64,000 nt of DNA from Patescibacteria group bacterium. GTDB taxonomy: Bacteria; Patescibacteriota; Minisyncoccia; Minisyncoccales; UBA10102. Shown here piece by piece: positions 1-9,929 of this stretch (positions within the stretch are counted from its first letter, which is position 1; every line of letters begins with the position of its first letter). The stretch lies in contig JADFNM010000001.1 of the NCBI GenBank assembly GCA_022563395.1, positions 526,342 through 590,341 of the forward strand. The letters are read 5' to 3'. Made by a program: the position numbers and the translations under genes. Below the pieces are notes generated by a model. It searched no databases. It worked only from the letters and a program-made list of their open reading frames with translations, and was not told the DNA's origin.

Positions 1-2
1 CC

Positions 3-269
3 CTAACCGCTGATTTTCTGGAGGAGCTTGGTCAGGCGCGACTTCTTTCTGGCAGCAGTGTTCTTTTTGATGATTCCCCGCTTTGCTGCCTTGTCAATTG
101 CTTTGTAGAGTTTGGGGAGAAGTTTTACTGCCTCCTCTTTTTTTTGTGCACTGGCCAGTTTCTTTGTTTGCTTCACCAGGGCCTTCATGGCGTTCTTTCG
201 TTTTAAGTTTCTGATTTTCCCCCTTACATTCTGGCGCAGCGCCTTTTTCGCAGACTTTGTTATTGGCAT
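3..269 (-). CDS. rpsT: 30S ribosomal protein S20
   Basis: MPITKSAKKALRQ...IDKAAKRGIIKKNTAARKKSRL is the S20 signature. Confidence 0.97.
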   Translation of the reverse strand: MPITKSAKKALRQNVRGKIRNLKRKNAMKALVKQTKKLASAQKKEEAVKLLPKLYKAIDKAAKRGIIKKNTAARKKSRLTKLLQKISG

Positions 270-272
270 ATT

Positions 273-2234
273 TTACAAGGTAGCATCTTTCCTCTCCTTT
301 ATCAAGTCCCGAATCTCGGCTGCACGTTCAAAGTCCAGATTCCCTGCAGCAATCTTCATTTCTTTTTTAAGGAGCTGAGGGTCATCAAGACCCGCAAATT
401 CTGCTGCAACTTCTTTTTCTTTTTGCCCAATCTTCCAGTCTCGAATTTCTTTTACGATAGGCAAAGGGGTTATGGCATGTTCTTTGTTGTATTTCTCTTG
501 GATGGCCCGCCTTCGTTTTACTTCCTGTATGGCATTTTTCATAGACAGAGTTGTTTTGTCTGCGTACAAGATGACCCTTCCTTCCTGGTGTCTTGCTGCT
601 CTTCCCATGGTTTGAATTAAGGTGGTCTCGTTTCTCAAAAACCCTTCTTTGTCTGCATCCAAAATGGCAACCAGGGCAACCTCTGGGAGATCAAGGCCTT
701 CTCTTAAAAGGTTAATGCCGACAATGGCGTCGAGCTCTCCCTTTCTCAAACTCTGAAGAAAGGCAGGACGCTCCAAGGTTTTTACTTCTGAGTGGAGCCA
801 TTGGATTTTGAGGCCCTGCTCTGCAAGGAAACTTGCGATTTCCTCTGCCAACCTCTTGGTTAAGGTGATAACCAGGGCGCGCTGTCCCTTTGCTTTTAAC
901 TCTTTTAATTCTTTGGTCAGGTCTTTAAGCTGGTTCTTGGTTTTTTTGATTTCAATCTCTGGTTCCAAGAGGCCGGTGGGGCGGATGAGCTGCTCCACAA
1001 TATATTCCTGGCCACCCTCCTTAATGGCGAGATCCTGTTCAAACTCTCCCGGGGTGGCAGAAACATGGATTCTCTGTTTTGTTTTGCCAAAGAATTCCTT
1101 GAAGTTTAAAGGCCGATTATCCACCGCAGAAGGAAGGCGAAACCCAAAGTTAATCAACGATTCTTTTCTTGCCCTGTCTCCCACCGACATGGCGCGCAGT
1201 TGGGACAGAGTAAGATGGCTTTCGTCTAAAAATACAAGGAAGTCATCTGCGAAGTAATCGAGCAAGGTGAAAGGAGGCTCTCCCGGGGCGCGAAACTCCA
1301 TGTGCCGAGAGTAGTTCTCAATGCCGTGGCAGTACCCGGTTTCCTCAATCATTTCCAGGTCATAGTTTGTCCGTTGCTCCAAACGTTGTGCTTCTAGGAG
1401 CTTGTTTTGTTTTTTTAGTTCGGCCAACCTGTCTTGCAGCTCTTTTCTAATATTCTGCATTGCAATCTTGAGCTTGTCTTCTGAAGTAATCCAGAACTTT
1501 GCAGGATAGAGCTGGTAGGTTCCCTCCCACGCTTGGTATACTGGATTGAGATGGTCTTCGGCGGTTACAATACTCTCTATGGTGTCGCCGCCAAACTCCA
1601 CCTTGAGGACTTCTTTTCCTGTAACCAAGAAAACTTCAACAACTGGGCCACGGACCCGGAACTTGCCTGGGGTAAAGTCAATATCGTTTCTCTCATACTG
1701 TAGGGTTGTTAAAGCAAAGAGAAACTCTTTTCTTTTGAACCTTTGCCCCTGCGCAATGCCCAAGGAAACTTTTTGGTATTCTTCTGGGTTTCCAATGTTG
1801 TAGATGCAAGAGACCGAGGCCACTACGATAGAGTCGCGGCGACCCAAGAGATCCTGTACTGTCTCGTGTCGCATGCGATCTAGGGTTTCGTTAATCTGTG
1901 CGTCTTTTTCAATGTAGGTGTCGGTCTGGGGGATATATGCCTCGGGCTGGTAATAGTCATAGTAGGAAACAAAGTAATGGACTGCATTGTTGGGGAAGAA
2001 CTCTTTGAATTCTTGGTAGAGCTGGGCAGCCAAGGTCTTGTTGGGGGAGATGATAAGGGCGGGTCTTTTTGTTTTTGCAATAACATTTGACATGGTAAAG
2101 GTTTTGCCACTTCCTGTTACGCCCAAAAGCACCTGGTTTTTAGCGCCAGACTTAAGGTTCTTTGCCAGCTTTGCTATGGCTTGCGGCTGGTCGCCGGTCG
2201 GACGGAATGTTGATTGTAGGTTAAACTGTTGCAT
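273..2234 (-). CDS. uvrB: Excinuclease ABC subunit B
   Basis: PTGDQPQAI, GVTGSGKT, YYDYYQPEAY, DESH, LLREGLDLPEV, C-terminal UVR (FERAAEIRD). Confidence 0.98.
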   Translation of the reverse strand: MQQFNLQSTFRPTGDQPQAIAKLAKNLKSGAKNQVLLGVTGSGKTFTMSNVIAKTKRPALIISPNKTLAAQLYQEFKEFFPNNAVHYFVSYYDYYQPEAYIPQTDTYIEKDAQINETLDRMRHETVQDLLGRRDSIVVASVSCIYNIGNPEEYQKVSLGIAQGQRFKRKEFLFALTTLQYERNDIDFTPGKFRVRGPVVEVFLVTGKEVLKVEFGGDTIESIVTAEDHLNPVYQAWEGTYQLYPAKFWITSEDKLKIAMQNIRKELQDRLAELKKQNKLLEAQRLEQRTNYDLEMIEETGYCHGIENYSRHMEFRAPGEPPFTLLDYFADDFLVFLDESHLTLSQLRAMSVGDRARKESLINFGFRLPSAVDNRPLNFKEFFGKTKQRIHVSATPGEFEQDLAIKEGGQEYIVEQLIRPTGLLEPEIEIKKTKNQLKDLTKELKELKAKGQRALVITLTKRLAEEIASFLAEQGLKIQWLHSEVKTLERPAFLQSLRKGELDAIVGINLLREGLDLPEVALVAILDADKEGFLRNETTLIQTMGRAARHQEGRVILYADKTTLSMKNAIQEVKRRRAIQEKYNKEHAITPLPIVKEIRDWKIGQKEKEVAAEFAGLDDPQLLKKEMKIAAGNLDFERAAEIRDLIKERKDATL

Positions 2235-2328
2235 GAAAGAAGCTATGGACGGTTTGCCTGCCCGCCGAAGCCCGAGGGCGAAGGCGGGAAATTGGAAACT
2301 AACTGAAAATCCATGCTAGAATAGAACC

Positions 2329-2904
2329 ATGATTTCTTACCTTAAAGGAAAAGTCATAGCCCAAGGCCCAGATTATATCATAACAGAGACCGGGGGGGTA
2401 GGGTACAAGGTTTATATAGCAGAGAGCCGCCTTTCTTCTTACCCCGTGGGCAAGGAGACGGAGCTGTACTGTCATTTGCATATGAAACGAGAAGAAACCT
2501 TAGAGCTTTACGGCGTGGAGTCGCCTCAGGCGTTGGAAGTGTTTGAAACTCTAAACAATATTTCTGGTATTGGGCCAAAAGCTGCTTTGAACATTGCTTC
2601 CTTGGGTACCATGGAGCAGTTAAGGGGGGCAGTTGAAAAAGGGGATGCAAGCTATTTTGCCAAGGTTCATGGGATAGGGCAAAAAAGGATACAAAAGATT
2701 ATCCTGGAGCTTACCGGAAAGCTAAAAAGCCTGGACCAACAAAAGAATGGCAGACCAGAAGAAAAAGAGGCAGTAGATGCCTTGGTTGCTTTGGGATTTT
2801 CTCGGAAAAAGGCAAAGGAAGCGCTCTCTGAGATTTCTTCTGAAATCTCCCCTGTGGAAGAACGGGTGAAACAGGCCTTACGCCACATTCGCATATCTCC
2901 TTAA
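2329..2904 (+). CDS. ruvA: Holliday junction branch migration protein RuvA
   Basis: MISYLKG, GGVGY, SGIGPKAAL HhH, ALVALGFS. Confidence 0.96.
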   Translation: MISYLKGKVIAQGPDYIITETGGVGYKVYIAESRLSSYPVGKETELYCHLHMKREETLELYGVESPQALEVFETLNNISGIGPKAALNIASLGTMEQLRGAVEKGDASYFAKVHGIGQKRIQKIILELTGKLKSLDQQKNGRPEEKEAVDALVALGFSRKKAKEALSEISSEISPVEERVKQALRHIRISP

Positions 2905-2935
2905 TGAGATTAAGGATGCCTTAACGAGAGTAAGG
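2899..2935. repeat. Family A paired 17-bp palindrome (direct pair; contains ruvA stop)
   Basis: CCTTAATGAGATTAAGG atg CCTTAACGAGAGTAAGG. Confidence 0.85.
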
Positions 2936-2945
2936 ATAGCTTTGC

Positions 2946-4229
2946 ATGCTGAATATTCTTAGAAAAGTTACCCCAAAGTTTCTCTTGAGCTGGTACCATT
3001 TTGTGTGGGCGTTAGCCGGGGCTTTGGTGTTCCGCTTTCCTGCCCGTGGCATGGTTGTTATTGGTGTGACAGGAACCAATGGGAAGTCTACCACTGTGGA
3101 CATGATTTCCCGTATTTTTAAGGAAGCTGGTTTAAACAGCGCCTCCATGTCTTCGGTTCGTTTTCAACTGAAAGATACAGAGTGGCGAAATACCATGAAA
3201 ATGACCATGCCAGGGCGTTTTGTCATCCAACAGTTCTTGCGCCAGGCAAAGACTAAGGGATGCACTCACGTGGTTTTAGAAGTGACGTCAGAAGGAATGC
3301 TCCAACATCGCCACCGCTTCATACCCTTTCACACCGCCGTCTTTACCAATCTTTCGCCAGAACACATTGAACGTCATGGTTCTTTTGAAAACTACAAGAA
3401 AACAAAAGGCAAGCTCTTTTCTCTTGCACAGGGAGTGCATGTTATCAATATAGATGATAAGCATACCCCATTCTTTCTTAAGTTCCCCGCACAAGAGATA
3501 TATACCTATGGCATATATCCTAAACGAGATTTAGGAATTCCTAAATCTCGTTTGAGCACCACACATATTCAAGGAGAAGATGTGAGAGAAAATGGGGGGC
3601 TGGATTTTAAAGCGCTGGGAACTAAATTTCATTTAGGACTTCTTGGTAGGTTTAATGTGTACAATGCTTTAGCTGCAATTGCAGTGGCACGATCTCAGGG
3701 AATCTCTCTTAAAGTTTGCAAAAATGCCCTAGAGAAAATGCAGGTGGTTCCAGGAAGAATGGAAGAAGTGATTTCTTCCCCCTTTCGGGTGGTGGTAGAT
3801 TACGCCTTTACCCCGGCTGCCTTAGAAAAAGTATACGAAACGCTTAAGCCCGCTTCTGGAAAGTTGCTCTGTGTTTTGGGAGCAGCCGGCGGAGGACGGG
3901 ATGCTTGGAAACGCCCTATCTTGGGTAAGATTGCATTGCAACATTGCAACACAGTCATCGTAACAGATGAGGATCCGTATGAAGAAAACCCAGAGAAAAT
4001 CATGGATGAGGTGATTGCGGGGGCCAAGGGAGAAGCAGAGAAGGTGCAAGATAGAAGGCAAGCTGTTGCAAAGGCATTGAGCATGGCACAAGCGGGAGAC
4101 ACCGTTGTTATTACCGGAAAAGGGTCTGAGGATTCCATGGCAGTTAAGGGAGGAAAGAAAATTCCTTGGGATGATAGAGAAGTGGTTAAAGAGGAGTGGA
4201 CGAAACTCAAAGAACGTGGTACGCTTTGA
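2946..4229 (+). CDS. murE: MurE-like Mur ligase (CPR type, lacks N-terminal domain)
   Basis: GVTGTNGKSTT, LEVTS, FTNLSPEHIE, PGRME, VDYA, GGGRD, DEDPYEE, ITGKG. Confidence 0.85.
   Translation: MLNILRKVTPKFLLSWYHFVWALAGALVFRFPARGMVVIGVTGTNGKSTTVDMISRIFKEAGLNSASMSSVRFQLKDTEWRNTMKMTMPGRFVIQQFLRQAKTKGCTHVVLEVTSEGMLQHRHRFIPFHTAVFTNLSPEHIERHGSFENYKKTKGKLFSLAQGVHVINIDDKHTPFFLKFPAQEIYTYGIYPKRDLGIPKSRLSTTHIQGEDVRENGGLDFKALGTKFHLGLLGRFNVYNALAAIAVARSQGISLKVCKNALEKMQVVPGRMEEVISSPFRVVVDYAFTPAALEKVYETLKPASGKLLCVLGAAGGGRDAWKRPILGKIALQHCNTVIVTDEDPYEENPEKIMDEVIAGAKGEAEKVQDRRQAVAKALSMAQAGDTVVITGKGSEDSMAVKGGKKIPWDDREVVKEEWTKLKERGTL
3519..3556. repeat. Family A, in-frame in murE
   Basis: CCTAAACGAGATTTAGG aatt CCTAAATCTCGTTTGAG = PKRDLGIPKSRL. 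Confidence 0.9.
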
Positions 4230-4273
4230 AGGTATTATTATGCGAGAAATGATAATATTTGCCGCATTTTTCT

Positions 4274-4504
4274 ATGACAAAACCTCTCTTTTCAAAGAGC
4301 ATACGAAAGCATATTCGTTTTCAGAAGGCCCATATTCGGAGGGAGATTTTGGATTTTAAAAAGCAGCAAGAGCTTATACAAGAACTCTATCAGAGATTTG
4401 TTAGGAAACCCGAGAAGAAGGAAGAAAAGGTAAAAGAAGAACCCGCCTCATCGGCGGGGGTGCAAAAGAGGCGCAAAAAAGAAGCAGAAGCTGTTGTAAA
4501 ATGA
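4274..4504 (+). CDS. Small basic hypothetical protein
   Basis: ATG at 4274, K/R-rich, stop overlaps next start (ATGA). Confidence 0.6.
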   Translation: MTKPLFSKSIRKHIRFQKAHIRREILDFKKQQELIQELYQRFVRKPEKKEEKVKEEPASSAGVQKRRKKEAEAVVK

Positions 4505-5436
4505 AAATACAAGACATCTACAATAAAGCTATTCAAATGGGCATAGACGCTGACTTTCGCAGCAATGAGTACGTTGCTAAGCTTTTAGAAAGAAAAAAGC
4601 AGAAGTTTGAAAAGCTTTCTGACAAAGAAAAAGAAGAGTTTGACCGAGAGTCCTTAGCCAACCCCTATTCTGACACCAGAGTTTTACATATTGCAGACGA
4701 TAAGGAGATAAAGAAAGTTCTTGTCGGCATTGATATTGATGTAGCTGAACTTCTTTTAGCAAAAAAGTTGGGAGATATTGACCTTGTTATTTCGCACCAT
4801 CCAATGGGTAGGGCTCTATCTGATATGCATGAAGTAATGGAGCTTCAGGCAGATGTGTTTAACCAGTATGGAGTGCCTATTAATGTTGGTGAAGCTTTAA
4901 CGCGAGAAAGGATTGGAGAAGTTGAAAGAGGATTTAATCCGAGGAATAATTGGCGCGTTATTGACGCAGCAAAACTTCTAGGAATTAACCTTATATGCCT
5001 CCATACTGTTGCAGATAATATTTCTGCAAAGGTTGTGAGAGACAAGCTAGCTAAAAGCAATCCAGAACGTATAGAGGACTTGATGGGGGCCCTTGGAGAA
5101 ATTGGAGAATATAAAGAAGCAATATCGCGAGGAGTAGGTCCGAGGATTTTTGTCGGTAGCTCAGAAAACCGTTGTGGTAAGATTTTAGTTGAAATGACAG
5201 GTGGCACGGAACCTTCCCCAAAGGTGTTTGAAAAGATAGCGAGCGCTGGCATTGGCACCATTGTAGGCATGCATATCGCAGAAGAAGGGAAAAAAGAAGC
5301 TGAAGCAGTTTACCTCAATGTAGTTATTGCGGGGCACATGTCTTCTGATTCTATTGGAATGAATCTAATTTTAGATGAAATGCAAAAGCAGGGAGTTGAG
5401 ATTGTGTCTTGCGGAGGACTTTTTAGTGTTTCTTGA
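4501..5436 (+). CDS. NIF3/NGG1-interacting factor family metal-binding protein
   Basis: GIDID, ISHHP, LHTVADN, AGHMSSDSIG motifs. Confidence 0.85.
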   Translation: MKIQDIYNKAIQMGIDADFRSNEYVAKLLERKKQKFEKLSDKEKEEFDRESLANPYSDTRVLHIADDKEIKKVLVGIDIDVAELLLAKKLGDIDLVISHHPMGRALSDMHEVMELQADVFNQYGVPINVGEALTRERIGEVERGFNPRNNWRVIDAAKLLGINLICLHTVADNISAKVVRDKLAKSNPERIEDLMGALGEIGEYKEAISRGVGPRIFVGSSENRCGKILVEMTGGTEPSPKVFEKIASAGIGTIVGMHIAEEGKKEAEAVYLNVVIAGHMSSDSIGMNLILDEMQKQGVEIVSCGGLFSVS

Positions 5437-5445
5437 GCGAAGTAA

Positions 5446-5520
5446 GCTCTCGTAGTTTAACGGATAGAACGCGGGCCTCCGGAGTTCGCGATACAGGTTC
5501 AATTCCTGTCGAGAGCACCA
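5446..5520 (+). tRNA. tRNA-Arg(CCG)
   Basis: GCTCTCG/CGAGAGC acceptor stem, CT-CCG-GA anticodon loop, GGTTCAATTCC, encoded CCA. Confidence 0.96.
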
Positions 5521-5568
5521 TTGATGTTTCGTTTTTCCTTCTTTCCTGGTGTGGTATAATTGGAGTAT

Positions 5569-5985
5569 ATGAAAAAGAAAACAACAAGGGCAAAAAAGTC
5601 TACCAAAGTTGCCTCAACGGTGACCCGCCGAAGAGGCGGGAAGGTGGCGCCAAAGAAAAAGAAAAATCTAGGCCCGGGGCGCTCTTCGACCTCTCGCCGC
5701 GGAGGGCTCAAGGCACGCGCCCGCGAGAGACAAGCAGTTGTCTCTCGCCCCATCGGCAGGGTTTCTCATTATTTTGACAACATCAAGGTGGCAGCCATAA
5801 AACTCAAGGCCCCCCTAAAGAAAGGAGACACCATTCGTATTGAAGGGGGGACTACCCTGGTAAAAGTAAAGATTTCTTCAATGCAAAAGAACCACAAGCC
5901 CGTGGCCTCTGCCAAGGCCAGAGACGAGATTGGCATTAAGGTTTCAAAGAAAGTCCGTGAGGGGTACCGCGTCTTTAAGGTGTAA
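5569..5985 (+). CDS. Translation-elongation-factor-like beta-barrel protein with long K/R-rich N-terminal tail
   Basis: IGRVSHYFDNIKVA, LKKGDTI, SMQ, EIGIKV..KVREG; TGgTATAAT just upstream. Confidence 0.75.
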   Translation: MKKKTTRAKKSTKVASTVTRRRGGKVAPKKKKNLGPGRSSTSRRGGLKARARERQAVVSRPIGRVSHYFDNIKVAAIKLKAPLKKGDTIRIEGGTTLVKVKISSMQKNHKPVASAKARDEIGIKVSKKVREGYRVFKV

Positions 5986-6026
5986 CTAAATCTCATTTAG
6001 TTGTTAACAACTAAATGAGATTTAAG
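5985..6026. repeat. Family A, intergenic
   Basis: ACTAAATCTCATTTAGT tgttaaca ACTAAATGAGATTTAAG. Confidence 0.85.
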
Positions 6027-6030
6027 CAAC

Positions 6031-7176
6031 GTGAATCATTCTTTTGTTCTGGCGCTCTCTGTCCTGATGGGCACGATTATTGGAGCTGGTATTTTTGCTA
6101 TCCCTTTTGTGGTGGCAAAGAGCGGGTTTTTGCCCGCTATTTTTTATTTCCTTGTTTTGGGGGGAGCTGTTATGTTGTTGCACCTGTTCTTTGGGGAGGT
6201 TGTTTTAAGAACAGAGAAGAAAGCACGGCTTATTGGGTATTGCGCGACCTATCTTGGAAAACCAGGAAAGATTGCAGCTGTTTTTTCTACCCTTTTTGGC
6301 ATTGTTGGAGCTTTGCTTGCTTATACCATTATAGGGGGAAGCTTTTTGCACATTTTGTTCGGTGAGTTTTCTGGCATTTCTACAACTTGGTTTTCTATTC
6401 TGCTTTGGGCATTCCTATCGTTGTTTATCCTGCGTGGCATTCAGCTCATTGCCCGGGCTGAATTTTTCATGAACATTGCATTGTTTGCTGCGGTCTTTCT
6501 CATCTTTTTCTTTGCTGCTCCTCATGTAAAGTTAGAGAACTTTTCTCTCATTAACACAAGCAACCTCTTTTTGCCCTACGGCGTCATTTTGTTTGCTTTG
6601 GCTGGATGGACTGCCATTCCTGAGATTGCAGATTTCTTCAAGAGCAGCCGCGACAAGAGAACCTTAGACAACCTCATTGTCTGGGCTGGCATTATTACCA
6701 CCCTGCTCTTTCTTCTGTTTGCCTTCTTTGTGGTGGGAGTTTCAGGAGCGGCGACTTCTCCCGATGCCTTGCAAGGATTAATTCCTTTCTTGGGCAAGGG
6801 GGTGGTTGCCTTGGGAGCTGTGTTTGGGCTGGTTGCCATCGCAGCTTCCTTCTTGGTTTTGGGTAACTACCTAAAAAACTCTTTGCGATACGATTTTCGT
6901 CTTCCGTACCGTGTTGCAGCTGGCATTGCAATCTTTTTCCCCATAGTTTTGTTCTTGCTTGGGTTCCGAGAGTTCATTGTGGTGTTGGGTTTGGTGGGGA
7001 TTGTCATTGGGATAATTGAAGGGACTCTTATTGTATTGGTATACCACAAGGCAAAGCGCATGGGAGACAGGGCTCCCGAGTATAGTTTGCGCCTTCCCCG
7101 AGTTCTTCCCTACCTTGTTTTGTTTATCATTGTAGGGGGAGCCATGGCCGAACTCTTTTTCTCCTATGTTAGATAA
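6031..7176 (+). CDS. Amino acid permease (aromatic amino acid/HAAAP-like)
   Basis: GTIIGAGIFAIP motif, about 11 hydrophobic segments. Confidence 0.85.
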   Translation: MNHSFVLALSVLMGTIIGAGIFAIPFVVAKSGFLPAIFYFLVLGGAVMLLHLFFGEVVLRTEKKARLIGYCATYLGKPGKIAAVFSTLFGIVGALLAYTIIGGSFLHILFGEFSGISTTWFSILLWAFLSLFILRGIQLIARAEFFMNIALFAAVFLIFFFAAPHVKLENFSLINTSNLFLPYGVILFALAGWTAIPEIADFFKSSRDKRTLDNLIVWAGIITTLLFLLFAFFVVGVSGAATSPDALQGLIPFLGKGVVALGAVFGLVAIAASFLVLGNYLKNSLRYDFRLPYRVAAGIAIFFPIVLFLLGFREFIVVLGLVGIVIGIIEGTLIVLVYHKAKRMGDRAPEYSLRLPRVLPYLVLFIIVGGAMAELFFSYVR

Positions 7177-7456
7177 CAAAAGAGTTCACCTCTTGATTTC
7201 AGGAAGGGTGCAGGGAGTATTATTTCGCCAGCATGCCAGAACAAAGGCGTTAGAGCTTGGTTTAGCGGGCTTTGCAAAGAATCTTATTGACGGCAAAGTG
7301 GAGATTATTGTTGAAGGCCCAAAAGGAAAAGTGGAGGAGTTTGTAGAGTGGGCAAAGAGCGGACCTTTACTCGCCAGGGTGGACAATGTGGAAATGGCAG
7401 AAGAGGAATATACCGGGGAGTTTGAGGATTTTGTTGTGCGTGAGTTTGGCTTTTAA
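7166..7456 (+). CDS. acyP: Acylphosphatase
   Basis: SGRVQGVLFR, GFAKNLIDGKVE. Confidence 0.93.
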   Translation: MLDNKRVHLLISGRVQGVLFRQHARTKALELGLAGFAKNLIDGKVEIIVEGPKGKVEEFVEWAKSGPLLARVDNVEMAEEEYTGEFEDFVVREFGF

Positions 7457-7474
7457 CCAGAGAAACGCAGTTCT

Positions 7475-7511
7475 CCTAAATGAAATTAAAGAATCCTTAA
7501 TTTCATTTAGG
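7475..7511. repeat. Family A, intergenic
   Basis: CCTAAATGAAATTAAAG aat CCTTAATTTCATTTAGG. Confidence 0.88.
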
Positions 7512-7523
7512 AGGTATTGGCAT

Positions 7524-7567
7524 AAAAAAAGAAGAGGGACGTGTTCTTATGGGAACATCCCTCTTTT
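7524..7567 (-). terminator. Intrinsic terminator of pyrD
   Basis: GAAGAGGGA..TCCCTCTTTT hairpin with A7 on + strand (U-tract on -). Confidence 0.7.
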
Positions 7568-7576
7568 CGTTGCGCC

Positions 7577-8644
7577 CTAAAGACTCGGCGACGCGATTCT
7601 AGAAGGAGCAAACTTTACTCCCCGTGCTATCTTTCGCGGAAGGGAGGGCCCTTCGTAGATCAGCCCTGTGTAGAGTTGCACGAGGTCAGCTCCCGCAACT
7701 TCTATCATGCGTCGGGCATCGTCAATAGTGAAGATGCCCCCAACGCCAATGATGAGAAGATTGGGAGCTTGTCTCCGTACATGGCGCACTACCGAGAGTG
7801 CCTTGTCTGTGAGAGGTCTCCCGCTCAAGCCACCAGAAACGTCGGTTGGAGAACTGAGCCCTTCCCTGCTCAGGGTGGTATTGGTTGCGATTATTCCTGG
7901 AACGCTCTCATCCGCACACACCTGGAGCACATCGTCTATGGCATCTGGCGTGAGGTCAGGGGCAATCTTGACGAGCAAGGGCTTTGGCTGTTGTCCTTGC
8001 GCCAAGGCAATCAACTTCGCTTGGAGGGCTTTAAGGAGTGTTGAGAGCTGTTCTTTGCCCTGGAGTCCTCTTAAGCCCGGGGTGTTCGGAGAGCTGACGT
8101 TTAAAGCGAAGTAATCCCCGAACTGGTGGAGCAGCAGAAGCGAGTAGAGGTGGTCTTCGATAACTGCCCCCAGGTCTTCTGGGTCCACCACCTTTGACTT
8201 GCCCAAGCTGATGCCTATGGGAATGAGTGGTTTTCCCGAGCGAGACAAGGTTTGCATCATCTTTGCTGCTCCATGGTTGTTGAATCCCATGGCATTGATG
8301 AGTGCCTCGTCTTTCGGGAATCTAAAGATGCGTGGCCTCGGGTTCCCCGCCTGCTCCTTTGCAGTTACGGTGCCAACTTCCAAAAACCCAAACCCAAGAG
8401 CTGAGAGCGCCCATATGGCACGGGCGTCTTTGTCAAGACCCGCTGCCAGGCCCACGCGGTTCGGGAAGCGAATCCCGAGCAGCTCAACAGGGTCATCTAC
8501 CCTGAGGAAGTTTCCTACGGCCTGGGAGAGCACATGTGGCGTCCCAAGGTAGTGAAGCAGGGTGATGACCAGCTTGTGTGCCCTCTCTGCATCTCCTGTT
8601 GAGAGCGCAAATAGGAGCGGCCGGATCAGTAATTTGTACAGCAT
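7577..8644 (-). CDS. pyrD: Quinone-dependent dihydroorotate dehydrogenase (class 2)
   Basis: GLAAGLDK, QAGNPRPRIFR, NAMGFNN, NVSSPNTPGLR, KIAPDL, TNTT, GGLSG. Confidence 0.96.
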   Translation of the reverse strand: MLYKLLIRPLLFALSTGDAERAHKLVITLLHYLGTPHVLSQAVGNFLRVDDPVELLGIRFPNRVGLAAGLDKDARAIWALSALGFGFLEVGTVTAKEQAGNPRPRIFRFPKDEALINAMGFNNHGAAKMMQTLSRSGKPLIPIGISLGKSKVVDPEDLGAVIEDHLYSLLLLHQFGDYFALNVSSPNTPGLRGLQGKEQLSTLLKALQAKLIALAQGQQPKPLLVKIAPDLTPDAIDDVLQVCADESVPGIIATNTTLSREGLSSPTDVSGGLSGRPLTDKALSVVRHVRRQAPNLLIIGVGGIFTIDDARRMIEVAGADLVQLYTGLIYEGPSLPRKIARGVKFAPSRIASPSL

Positions 8645-8752
8645 GACTCTCCTCTCTATAGTTTTCAGGGTGCTTACTCTGTGATGGAGTTCTAGCAGGC
8701 GGCAAGGTTGCTGTCAACTTGACTATCTGGTACAATAGGGGGTGCAGGAAAC

Positions 8753-9133
8753 ATGAGGAGGATTGTTGCGAAAATATCGCGAGGGCAGATTATGCAAACC
8801 GTTCCCAAGGCATCTTTGGGAGTTTTGCCCATGCTTATTTCCTTTGAGCTGGGGTTTGCGTTGTTTGCAGGATACTTTGCAGCGTACTTTTTTGCAGGGC
8901 AAAAGACCTCAGAGCAAGGACGCATTCCTTCACTGGTTTTTGACATGGGGGACTGGAGGGTGCACCTTCATCACTGGCTGGTGTTTTTAGGTATTTTTGT
9001 TGGAGCAGCCATAGCAAGCTTTTTCATTGTTTCTCCTTTTTTGTTCTACGGATTCTTGGGTGGAGTCATTGTGCAGGGGCTTTTGCACTACGATGACTGG
9101 CCTCGCATTGTGAGTAAGCAAGAAAAGACATAA
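8753..9133 (+). CDS. Hypothetical membrane protein (start uncertain)
   Basis: 3 hydrophobic segments, HLHHW motif. Confidence 0.65.
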   Translation: MRRIVAKISRGQIMQTVPKASLGVLPMLISFELGFALFAGYFAAYFFAGQKTSEQGRIPSLVFDMGDWRVHLHHWLVFLGIFVGAAIASFFIVSPFLFYGFLGGVIVQGLLHYDDWPRIVSKQEKT

Positions 9134-9135
9134 TC

Positions 9136-9927
9136 ATGGCGGGGGACAAAGACCAGCTTCGCTCCGAAGAAAAGAAAAAGAAGCAGTACTTTAAGTTAGT
9201 AGAGAACAAACAGTACCAGGAAGCAGAGAAGGTATGGCACAGATTGCACCAGGGTACCTATATTGGTGATCTGGTGTTTGGGGCCAATGACGGCATCATT
9301 ACCACCTTTGCTGTGGTTGCGGGAGCTGCGGGAGCCCTGCTTTCCCCGGGGATTATTATCATTCTTGGGTTGGCAAACCTCATTGCAGACGGGTTTTCCA
9401 TGGGAGCTTCAAATTTTCTTTCCCTGCGTTCACAGCGGGATTTTGTGAAGCTCCAGCGCAAAAAGGAAGAGTGGGAAGTGAAGCATTTCCCTGAGATTGA
9501 GCGGGAAGAAATTAGGAGCATCCTGCTCCACTGGGGGATTCCGAGAGAGCATGTGGAACCTGCCACGAACGCCATCACAAGAGACGAGAAACGCTGGGTT
9601 GATTTAATGATGCGAGAAGAGCTGGACCTCAAAGAAGAAGAGCCCGGTTCTCCTGCACAGCATGGGTTTGCAACTTTTCTTGCCTTTATCATTGCAGGAT
9701 TCTTTCCCCTAATCCCCTACCTTTTGCCGCAGGTTCCCAACCAGTTTTTGCTATCAAGTGTGGTAGCGGGAGTCGCCTTTTTTGGAGTGGGAGCTGCCAG
9801 GAGTTTGGTGACTGCAGCCCCACCCTTGAAAGCAGGATTGGAAATGCTTTTGATTGGAGGACTTGCCGCTGCCGTGGCATTCGGCATCGGGTTTGCGATA
9901 AAGACACTATTTGGCATTGTGGTATAA
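9136..9927 (+). CDS. VIT1/CCC1 family Fe/Mn transporter
   Basis: GANDGIITTF, NLIADGFSMG, E-rich cytoplasmic domain. Confidence 0.92.
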   Translation: MAGDKDQLRSEEKKKKQYFKLVENKQYQEAEKVWHRLHQGTYIGDLVFGANDGIITTFAVVAGAAGALLSPGIIIILGLANLIADGFSMGASNFLSLRSQRDFVKLQRKKEEWEVKHFPEIEREEIRSILLHWGIPREHVEPATNAITRDEKRWVDLMMREELDLKEEEPGSPAQHGFATFLAFIIAGFFPLIPYLLPQVPNQFLLSSVVAGVAFFGVGAARSLVTAAPPLKAGLEMLLIGGLAAAVAFGIGFAIKTLFGIVV

Positions 9928-9929
9928 CT

